Shown here in pieces: positions 53,601-64,000 of a DNA stretch of 64,000 bases. The notes under the pieces are model-generated. The model made no database searches. It was given only the letters and a program-made list of their open reading frames with translations, and was not told where the DNA came from. Every line of letters begins with the position of its first letter. The first letter of the stretch is position 1. The translations under genes were made by a program, and so were the position numbers. The stretch is taken from contig NW_021824837.1 of NCBI RefSeq assembly GCF_006345805.1, positions 1 through 64,000 on the forward strand. The letters run 5' to 3'. The DNA comes from Octopus sinensis (lineage: Eukaryota).

Positions 53601-54009
53601 ATGATAACAGCAGTACCGAAGACAACGGTGACGAAGTAAAACACAGAAGGTGAAAGCCAGAGGATGGTATGTGCGTAGGGAAATAACGAAAAGGGTGTGG
53701 CTTCAGTGTAAAAGGCGGCGGTTGCATGAACGATAGCAACAACAACAACAATTGAAGCTATTTCAAAAATTTCCATTCGATTAACATGACTTTACTTTTC
53801 TTCATACATTGTACGTCTTTACATACGTACGCAGCCGCACATTAGATACACACATCCACACACACCACACACATGCACGCATGCACGCACAAACATACAT
53901 ACATACACACAAACACACACACAAACACATTCATACACACAGACACACATACACATACACGCACATACACACACATATAAAACAATTACAATGAATACAG
54001 ACTGGTACA

Positions 54010-54373
54010 TCTCTTTTATTTGTTTCAGTTATTTGACTGCAGCCATATTGGAGCACCACCTTTAGTCGAACAAATCGACCCCAGGACTCATTCTTTATAG
54101 TACTCATTCTATCGGCCTCTTTTGCCGAACTGCTGAGTTACGGGAACGTAAACACACCAGCATCGGTAGGGGAGCGATGGTGGGGGACAAACACAGACAC
54201 ACAAACATACACATACACACACACATATAAATATATACGACAGGTTTCTTTCGGTTTTCGTCTGCCAAATCCACTCACAAGGGTTTGGTCGGCCCAAGGT
54301 GTCTCGCAGTGGGGCTGAACCCGGAACCATGGGGCTGGTAAGCGAGCTACTTACCACACAGCCACGCCTGCGC
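54010..54373 (-). mobile_element. SINE family B
   Basis: Reverse complement copy with an internal deletion. Confidence 0.88.
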
Positions 54374-54884
54374 CGATACTTTTCGCATATTTTATATTAA
54401 ATTTTTTACAGTTAATTTTACAGTATTATTCGTTTAAATCGGACCCCAATGACATTCATAATTCACTGTAGAAAATATTCATAATCATGTTAAGCGAGCA
54501 CAGAATTTACTCATCGGATGACTTAGATTGGTTGGCGTATCTTTTCTTAAAACTACTTTCGCATGTACCAATATACATTTTCTTTTGTGTTTCCTTATTT
54601 CGAGCACAGAAGTGACTTCAGCTTCATAAACTATTGAAACAGAAATAGTCACGTAAAGTAAAAAGTACTCAATACATGACATATTTAGGGTATGTGTGTT
54701 ATACCAAGGGCTATTTTGAAAAGAAAACGGAACATTATCATTTTCTGAATATCAACTGTATTTAATACTTTATGCCTGTGTGTCAGTTGTGTTTAGATAT
54801 ATATATTATAGTACACTTTTTTACTTTACCTCCCCCCTCTCTCTCTCTCTCTTTCTCTTTTCTCTCTGTATATACATATATATA

Positions 54885-55464
54885 TATATATATAATAGTT
54901 AAAAAACGTATAGTAAATGCACAAACCAAAAACAGACACAACAGCAAGTTAAAAAATATATAGTAAATGCACAGACGTAGGTGTAGGAATGGCTGTGTTG
55001 TAAGTAGCTTGCTTACCAACCACATGGTTGAGGGTTCAGTCCCACTACGTGACACCTTGGTCAAGTATCTTCTACTGTAGCCTCGGGCCGATCAAAGCCT
55101 TGTGAGTGGATTTGGTAGACCGAAACTGAAAGAAGCCCGTCGTATATATGCACACAAACACACACACACACACCACACACACATATATATATATATATAT
55201 AATAGTTAAAAAACGTATAGTAAATGCACAAACCAAAAACAGACACAACAGCAAGTTAAAAAATATATAGTAAATGCACAGACGTAGGTGTAGGAATGGC
55301 TGTGTTGTAAGTAGCTTGCTTACCAACCACATGGTTGAGGGTTCAGTCCCACTACGTGACACCTTGGTCAAGTATCTTCTACTGTAGCCTCGGGCCGATC
55401 AAAGCCTTGTGAGTGGATTTGGTAGACCGAAACTGAAAGAAGCCCGTCGTATATATGCACACAA

Positions 55465-55510
<46 letters not shown>

Positions 55511-55731
55511 GCATGTGTGTGTCTGTGTTTGTCCCCCCAACATCGCTTGACAACTGATGATGGAGTGTTTATGTCCCCGTAACTTAGCGATTCGGCAAAA
55601 GAAACCGACAGAATAAGTACTAGGCTTTCAAAGAATAAGTCTTGGGGGTCGATTTGTTCGACTTAAGACGGTGCTCCAGCATGACCACAGTCAAATGACT
55701 GAAACAAGTAAATGAATAAAAGAGTAAAAGA
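54885..55731 (+). mobile_element. SINE family B with a 307-bp tandem duplication of its 5' half plus flank
   Basis: 54893-55150 recurs 307 nt downstream almost identically. Confidence 0.9.
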
Positions 55732-55992
55732 GGCGAAACGGAATTCAGACGAAGAAGGTATCCAACTCCTCATCAGTTACCGGCCAAAGAATCTAACGTA
55801 ATATATATATAATATGCATACAGGTTCAATTTCACTTTCTACTGGAAACTTACGATTTCTCACTAAAATTTTTTCTCAATGTCTTTATCTTAAATTTCTG
55901 TGATCAAGGTAGCTTAGGACTGGCCAACAAAATGCTAGATTACTCTGCTTTTCAGGATTCTGCATACATACATATTTACATACATACATACA

Positions 55993-56110
55993 TAATAATA
56001 ATAATAATGTTCGTCCTTCGGGTTCGAAGATGACCACTGACATCATCTAGTGGAACTGCCGCTATGAGACCGGAGGTGGCTGGTGAGGCCAATCTGGGCA
56101 AGGAAGCCCA
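55993..56110 (-). mobile_element. RTE-like LINE extreme 3' fragment
   Basis: Minus GFLAQIGLTSHLRSH..*, short 3' UTR and (TTA)n tail, within (CATA)n. Confidence 0.6.
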
Positions 56111-56488
56111 TACATACATACATACATACATACATACATACATACATACATACATACATACATACATACATACATACATACATACAGCATACAAAAAACA
56201 AAAAGGCCATGATGGGTATGTTTCTCGAAGACAGAAATATCGACATGAAGCGAAGACTCTCTTGACCTCATGACCGCTGCATCCCAACACACTTGAAAAG
56301 CGCACATTTAGAATCCAAGAGCAGGTGATTATTACTAAATACCTAATTAAGAGAAGAGACAGTGAAACCCTTGGAGTTCTAAATGCAACCAAAAATGTAG
56401 ATTATGCTATAATTCTGTGGAAGACATCACACACGTGATTAGCAGCTGCTGAAAAATGTCATCAAGGTACAGAACTACATCTCTATAT

Positions 56489-56531
<43 letters not shown>

Positions 56532-57350
56532 TAATATAATATAATATAAAATTTAGTCAATAGACTATATATTATTCATATAAATACAGTGTACATTTAA
56601 ACACATATTTTTCTCTCTCTTTCCTTTTCTCTCTATCTTCTCCGTCTCTCTCTCCCTCTCCATCTCGCTTTCTCTCTCTCTCTCTTTCTCCCTTTCTTTC
56701 TCTCTGTCTCTGTCTCTCTCTCTCTCTCTGTCTCTCTCTCTCTTTCTTAGTCATTCCATCATTTTTTCCTGCTTTACCATACCGTCTCTTATTTCATTTC
56801 TCTCTCTCTCCCCTTATCTCTCCTATTCTCCCACTCTCTCTCTCTCCCTCTTCTCCTCTCCCCACTCTCTCTCTCTCTCTCTCTCTCTGTTTCTATTGTT
56901 TGCTTTTCCTTTCTATCACTACTTTGTCATATTAACTCTTATCTTTTTTCTTCATCCTCAAACCGCTAATTTTATCCTTACATCTGTTTCACTTCATATC
57001 TCTGTGTAATCTCTTTCACTTTCACTAACATTCCTTTTAAAATTCTTTCTCTCTTCGCCTCTCTAACTACTTCTCTCTACTAATTTCTCTCTTATTTCTA
57101 TCATCTACCTTATTTGATCACGCTGTCACCTTCTCCTCCTCTTTTTCTCCCTATCATTATCTTACTCTCTCCATTTCACTTCCTCCATATCTCTATGTTT
57201 TCATACTCCATATTTTATGTCGTCTCTCTCACTACATTTCTGTCTCACTTTCTATATATGATCACTCTGTCTATCTGCCTATCTATCTATTTGTCTGTCT
57301 CTCCCTCTCTCTCTCTTTTTCCGTCCGTCTGTCTATCTGTCTGCCTGTCA

Positions 57351-57401
<51 letters not shown>

Positions 57402-57402
57402 C

Positions 57403-57446
<44 letters not shown>

Positions 57447-57539
57447 GTCTGTCTCTCTGTCTATCTACCTATCAATCTATCTATCTGTCTATCTACCTGT
57501 CTACCTACCTACCTACCTACCTACATACCTTCCTACCTA

Positions 57540-57854
<315 letters not shown>

Positions 57855-58384
57855 GTCTATCTATCTATCTATCGATCTTCCTATCTCATTCTTTCCTCTC
57901 CTTCTCTAATCACTCGTCTCTTCTTCGCTATCCAGCATTCAGCCTCTACACGAAGCAGATTTACAGAATCTATTCTTTCCTTTCGTTCATTGTGTCGTCC
58001 ATTCTTATCTCATCTATGGCGCGGATCTTCAATTCTATTTATTTATTTATTTATTTATTCATTCATTCGTTCATTCACTCATTCATTCAATTTCCTTCTT
58101 ATTTTTATTTATTCATGTAATTTCTTGTTTCTTTAGTAATCTGCCTGGCTTATTTTTTTTATCCTCATTGTTGGTGTTATTGTTGCCGTTCTTGACGATA
58201 TTGTTGTTGTTGTTGCCGTTCTTGACGATATTGTTGTTGTTGTTGTTGGTCATATCATTGTTTAGTGTTATTGGTGTTGTGGTAGTGAATTAATGGAGAA
58301 TGAATACGATGTCCCAATCGCACACGTGACAAATATATAATTACATGGTTAGTGTAGGAGAATGGCAAAATAAACTAGAAGCAG

Positions 58385-58437
58385 ATGATGATAATGATGA
58401 TGATGATGATGATACAACAATTAAGATTACTACTGCC

Positions 58438-58470
<33 letters not shown>

Positions 58471-58570
58471 TAATAATAATAATAATGATAATAATAATAA
58501 TAATAATATAATAATAATAATAATGATAACAATGATGATGATGATGATGATGATGATAATAATAATAATA

Positions 58571-58616
<46 letters not shown>

Positions 58617-58647
58617 CATGATGATGATAATAATAATAATAATAATA

Positions 58648-58694
<47 letters not shown>

Positions 58695-58712
58695 TAATAA
58701 TAATAATAATAA
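58385..58712. repeat. (AAT)n/(GAT)n tract
   Basis: Direct reading. Confidence 0.95.
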
Positions 58713-59384
58713 TATGAACATCAACACTAATAATTAGAAGCTCACACGCAATAATATTAAACAAGAATAAGAAGGATATGGAAAACCGAATCTGTTAGAG
58801 AAAGATGAGGAAGAATATGTGAATGAAAATAGTAATAATGTTGACGATGATGATGATAATGATGATGATGACGGTGGCGACGATGATGATGATGTTTTTT
58901 TTGGAGGAGGAGAAATAGAAGAAGAAGAAGAAGAAGAAGAAGAAGAGGAACAACAACAACAACAACAACAACAACAATAACAACAGTAACAGCAACAACA
59001 GCATGTCATAAAACAATGGAAATAGTAATAGGGGAATGGACAGAAAATTAAAAGGGAAGTTAAAAGAAAAAATAGCAACACTTGTAGATGATAGCTAGCG
59101 AAAGAGTTAGCTATCTGACTAGCATCAGTAACGTTTAGAAATGGCTATTCCAGACTTTGGTTATTGCAGAAAGGAAAAGCATATTTATTATATATACTGT
59201 ACAAATTTTCCCAGGCACTGCAAATGTTTGAATCAATAGGTTTGGGTACTGAATGCTGCACTAGTCATCGTAACTTTTAATTAGTAAATTAGTTTATCAT
59301 ATTATATATGGAACGCATATATGAGGCGAGAAAGAATAAAACAAACATGCATACACATATATAGATATATACATACATACATGC

Positions 59385-59800
59385 CCCAGTGAAGACCTCA
59401 AAAAAATGTAAGCAAAAAAGACCCGATATAATGATCTGGGACAGAGAAAAGAAACTGTGTACAGTCGTGGAAATTAGCTACCCAGCAGATGTTAACATAA
59501 AGCCGAGGATCAGTGAGAAATCTGCAGTTACTCTATCCAGATTATAAGTTCAGGTTTATACCTGTAATTATTGGGGTCCAGGGATATGTAACACACTTTC
59601 TAAATACCAATCATGAGAAATTTGGCTTCTCAAAACCAGAAAGGAGAAAGCTAATTCGAAGGCTACAGATTCAATCCATCACGGGAACTGTAAAAATCTG
59701 TAAAACTTTCTAGAAGTGTATCATTTAAATATATATGAGCAAGTCTAGATATGCAACTATATGCATGAGAATAAATACGCAAAGCAAAACATACAAAGAC
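59385..59800 (+). mobile_element. RLE-type (R4/NeSL-like) non-LTR retrotransposon 3' fragment
   Basis: KCKQKRPDIMIWDREKKLCTVVEISYPADVNI../RNLQLLYPDYKFRFIPVIIG.. matches a PD-(D/E)xK restriction-like endonuclease C-terminus. Confidence 0.8.
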
Positions 59801-60033
59801 ATATTTATTGAACTTAGCTTTAAAAAGCTAAATGAGTAACTCAACTAGGTAACTGAAGAAGCCATGATAAGAGTGATGAGGCAACACACACACACGTACA
59901 CACGCACACACATACGTACGCACACATGCACACACACACACACACACACACACGTACGCACACATGCACACACACATAATTGTTGAGCAAATCGAAACTT
60001 CAATGTTACAATCATTCCTCTTGTCGAAATTGA

Positions 60034-60420
60034 TATGTATGTATGTATGTGTGTATGTGTGTATGTATGCATGTATTTATGTATGTACGTATGTATGTAT
60101 GTATGTGTGTATGTATGCATGTATGTATGTATGTATGCATGTATGTATACATGTATGTATGTGTGTATGTATGTATGTATGTATGTATGTATGTATGTAT
60201 GTGTGTATGTATGTATTTATGTATGCATGTATGTATGTATGTATGTATGTATGCATGTATGTATGCATGTATGTATGTACGTATGTATGTATGTATGTAT
60301 GTATGTATGTATGTTTGCATGTATGTTTGTATGTATGTATGTATTTATGTATGCATGTATGTATGTATGTATGTATGCATATATGTATGTATGTATGTAT
60401 GTATGTAGTATGTATGTATA
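60034..60420. repeat. (TATG)n tract
   Basis: Direct reading. Confidence 0.95.
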
Positions 60421-60593
60421 CATAATTTCAGTTTACCTTACTCATTTAAAAAAAAATCTTCTTGCATAGGCATTGCACGACAACAACATTGATTAAGCTT
60501 CGTGCAATGGCTATAAACGATAACGAGGGGGCAGCCACCATATACATATGTATCTACACACATACTCACACACACACATACATATACACATAA

Positions 60594-60822
60594 GGCGGCG
60601 AGCTGGCAGAATCGTTAGCACACCGGGCGAAATGCTTAGCGGTATTGAGTCTGTCGTTGCGTTCTGAGTTCAAATTCCGCCGAGGTCGACTTTGCCTTTC
60701 ATCCTTTCGGGCTCGATAAATTAAGTACCAGTTACGCACTGGGGTCGATGTAATCGACTTAATCCGTTTGTCTGTCCTTGTTTGTCCCCTCTATGTTTAG
60801 CCCCTTGTGGGCAATAAAGAAA
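60594..60822 (+). mobile_element. SINE family A, full length
   Basis: Close match to 9047-9277. Confidence 0.92.
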
Positions 60823-61138
60823 CACGTATATATATACACATACACATCATTATCTCATCTATACATTACTGAATCGAAGTTATAAAATGAATGGTAGATC
60901 TGAGTGTGCGTCGGCCTCGACGGTGAACATTCAGTTGCGCAGCCAAATCCTGAAATTAACGCGTTAGTAGCTGAGCGTTCCACAGTTGCGTGTAACCTTA
61001 ACATAATTCTTAGACACAAATCTTAGCCATTGAATCACATGTGCAGTACAGAGGGGGGGGATAGAAAAGACATAGAAAGACAAAGAGAACAAGAGAGATG
61101 GTGGTGAGGAAGATGGAGAGAGAAAGTGACAAAGAGAA

Positions 61139-61169
<31 letters not shown>

Positions 61170-61524
61170 TAGACAACTGACTCCAGGTCTGCTACATTAT
61201 TTATCATATCTAAAAGGATGAAAGTTGATCTGGGCCAGTAATTGATATCAAGCGGAAGAGAGCCTGAATGTACGCCTACCAAAATTCCATCCGTAAGTGG
61301 AAAGGTCAGGTGCGATCTGCAAAAATGTAAACTTTTCGTAGTTTAACTGGTATTACATCCGTGATTGGTCCGAAGGTAGCAAGTCAAAAAAAATAGTTTT
61401 GTGTTCCGACTGTGACCTGTAGCTGTAAGTCAAACAATTGTGATCCGCAGACAGGTAAACTTTTCATCATATAATTGGTATTCCAGCAGTGACGAGTAGA
61501 TCTTATGATTTTCAGACATTGTCT

Positions 61525-62003
61525 TTAACTCTTTTACATGTTTCAGTCATTTGACAGCGGCCATGCTGGAGCACCGCCTTCAGTCGAGCAAATCGACCCC
61601 GGGACTTATTCTTTGTAAGCCTAGTACTTATTCTACCGGTCTAGTTTGTCGAACAGCTAAGTTACGAGGACGTAAACACCACATCGGTTGTCAAGCGATG
61701 TTGGGGGACGAATACAGACACACACACACACACTCACCCACACACACACACACCACACACACAACACCACATTATATTATATATATATATATATTATATA
61801 TATATATAATAATATATATATATATATATATACATATATACGACGGGCTTCTTTTAGTTTCCGTCTACCAAATCCACTCACAAGGCTTTGGTCAGCCCGA
61901 GGCTATAGTAGAAGTCACTTGCCCAAAGTGCCACGCAGTGGGACTGAACCCAGAATCATGTAGTTGGTAAGCTAGCTACTTACCACACAGCCACTCTGCG
62001 CCT
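61525..62003 (-). mobile_element. SINE family B
   Basis: Reverse complement of a full copy with an expanded internal microsatellite. Confidence 0.9.
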
Positions 62004-62173
62004 ATAAACACATTGTGTATATAAAACTTTAAAATGTATGATTAGATTATTTACTGTAATTACATTTCTAAGATGTAATTAGCTGTAAGTAGGGTGTGAC
62101 TTGAAGGCTATTTGGTTGTGTTTCTAGTGTTGCTGCAGCTTAGACCATGTCAGATCTGATTACTTCATATTAA

Positions 62174-62393
62174 CCCTTTAGCATTTAAAACGGTCATATT
62201 AGGCCCAACTCTTCTATCCGTTTTGTGTTCAAATCAGTCGGATCCAGCCTCTCGCACCCACTGTACAATGTCATTCTAAAAATAAACAATTACAGCATCG
62301 AAATCCCAAAGATATAAGATGATGCATGATTAATTCAAAACAATGTGAATAAATAAGCGTTACGTTTGACAGAGTAATTTGAATGCAAAAGGC
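62174..62393. mobile_element. piggyBac-like MITE
   Basis: TTAA|CCCTTTAGCATT...AATGCAAAAGGC|TTAA: imperfect TIRs with a TTAA TSD. Confidence 0.7.
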
Positions 62394-62782
62394 TTAAAGG
62401 TATTTTTTTCCTCAGACCACGCCTGACCTTTCGAATTAATACTTGCGTGCCATGGGCCCGCTGAGTTAGGATTGACGGGTTAAACAACAACACGTAATTC
62501 AAAATATTTTCCTATTTTAAGCAGGGGAAATTGTCTGCTAATTTTAGCATTTTGGGTTATCATGCTTTGACTCTAGTTTTGTGATCAAAAAGAGTTATGA
62601 TCAGAGGAACTTCCTATCTTAGCGGTTTGTAGGACGTCATTGACCTATGTATATTTATATTTTCTTTATTGAAAACAACAGTGTGTGATATGTAGAAAAT
62701 GTGGCTCTAATTTTAAGTAAGTCGAACTTTCTGCAGTTGTCTCCTCTTTAAGATTTCTAATGCTGTTCTCATTTAAACTCCA

Positions 62783-62964
62783 CTAGCAGTATAACACGGC
62801 TTTGCCCAGGATTAAGTTAGGATTATTAAGCTAATCAAGTTCTGTATTTCAAACCGACCTAAGTAACATCGACGTCAAATTTGGCGAAATCCGTTGAAAT
62901 TGGTATGTATATTTATGTATGTGTGTATGTATATATATTAGATATATATATATATATATATATA

Positions 62965-63019
<55 letters not shown>

Positions 63020-63299
63020 ATATATTATATATATATATTATATATATATTATATATATATCTATATAGATGCAGCACGGATTTTTGTCAGTGAACAGGTC
63101 GCGGATTTTAGCGACGAAAATATTTTGACAAATTAAACTTAAATGTTGAAGTGAATCGAACGGCTTTTGTATGTTTCTTAAATGGCTTATAAACACCTTC
63201 CACGCTGCAATTGTATATAAATATATATATGGGCAACACACACACACATACGTACGTACGTACGTACACCTATTGCATACATATTTTTTGTACGCATAC

Positions 63300-63339
<40 letters not shown>

Positions 63340-63657
63340 GCCCGTATATCAACAAAATACTTTTTTCCTCGATGGAAAAAAAAACAACAAGCGTCTTAAC
63401 AAAAACCTACTCGTCGCTAGAAGGGGACAATGGTGATTTCTCCGACTTGAAAATTGTTAAAAGTTTTGGTTGAAAATTTATTTTTACTACTATTCGCTGG
63501 TGCCTCTGGTAAGAATAAGTTGACGAAAATACAGCTAGGATCATGACGAATGTCCTCCTAAAATTGGAGCAACATGTGTGCTAATTTGTGAACGTGCATA
63601 AATTACATTCACGTATACACACACACACACACATCCTGCCTTTTATATATATACAGA
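62783..63657 (-). mobile_element. Non-autonomous Helitron-like element with nested insertions
   Basis: Minus 5' TCTGTATATATATAAAAGGCAGGATGTGTG, 3' degenerate hairpin then CTAG, inserted between A and T. Confidence 0.6.
63083..63132 (+). ncRNA. Minimal hammerhead variant with G3:C8 core (third copy; element 63068-63213)
   Basis: TTTGTCA-GTGAACA-G-GTCGC ggatttta GCGAC-GAAAATATTT-TGACAAA. The loop differs from the 24.7-kb copies while the stems are kept. Confidence 0.7.
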
Positions 63658-63739
63658 TTATACTTTGAATGAACAAATTCGAATGAGCAGATCTATGATC
63701 AAAAAGCGTTTCAGCATTTTCTTACACATTTGCTTAATT

Positions 63740-63925
63740 TTTATATGTATATATATCATGTTGGGGCACTGCCTGGAAGGACTTACTTGAACAAATCAAC
63801 ATCAGTTCTTATTTTAAGTATGGTACATTTTCTAACGATATCTTTTGCCTAACCTAAGTTATGGGTACTTAAGCAAACTAACACCAGCTATCAAGCGGTA
63901 GTATGGGACAAATACAAAGGACATA
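63740..63925 (-). mobile_element. Diverged SINE family B 3' half
   Basis: catgttggggcactgcc..tcttttgcc..acaccagc. Confidence 0.55.
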
Positions 63926-64000
63926 TATACATGCACACACGCACGCACACCACACATACACACTTGTACATATGCGCGCGCATACAACATGTTTCCACAT

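Noticed and set aside
61310-61490. Diverged direct repeat (gatc.gca..gtaaacttttc..tggtatt) about 128 bp apart
   Set aside because: Only two degenerate copies with no further structure. Likely an old local duplication.

Overview
AT-rich, microsatellite-saturated eukaryotic DNA with no intact protein-coding gene. The SINE families and simple-repeat spectrum suggest an octopus/coleoid genome (inference). Nearly all listed ORFs are translations of microsatellites or SINEs. The window holds four tRNA-derived SINE families, 3' fragments of Tx1-, CR1-, RTE- and RLE-type LINEs, Helitrons, hAT and piggyBac derivatives, and a few candidate cis-regulatory islands. The main signal is a set of about 13 hammerhead-ribozyme (HHR) motifs from several unrelated short Penelope-like/retrozyme-like elements, most inserted in (TA)n. 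They include: (i) a 475-bp tandem-plus-inverted array with three type I HHRs (4771-6025); (ii) a family whose core C3:G8 pair is swapped to G3:C8 (24.7 kb and 63.1 kb); (iii) minimal, probably dimer-acting HHRs; and (iv) a hammerhead whose three strands are joined in the reverse, non-circularly permuted (pseudoknotted) order at 43404-43466 (-), with a sequence-unrelated degenerate second example at 43776-43834. All structures were read by eye and no activity is shown.
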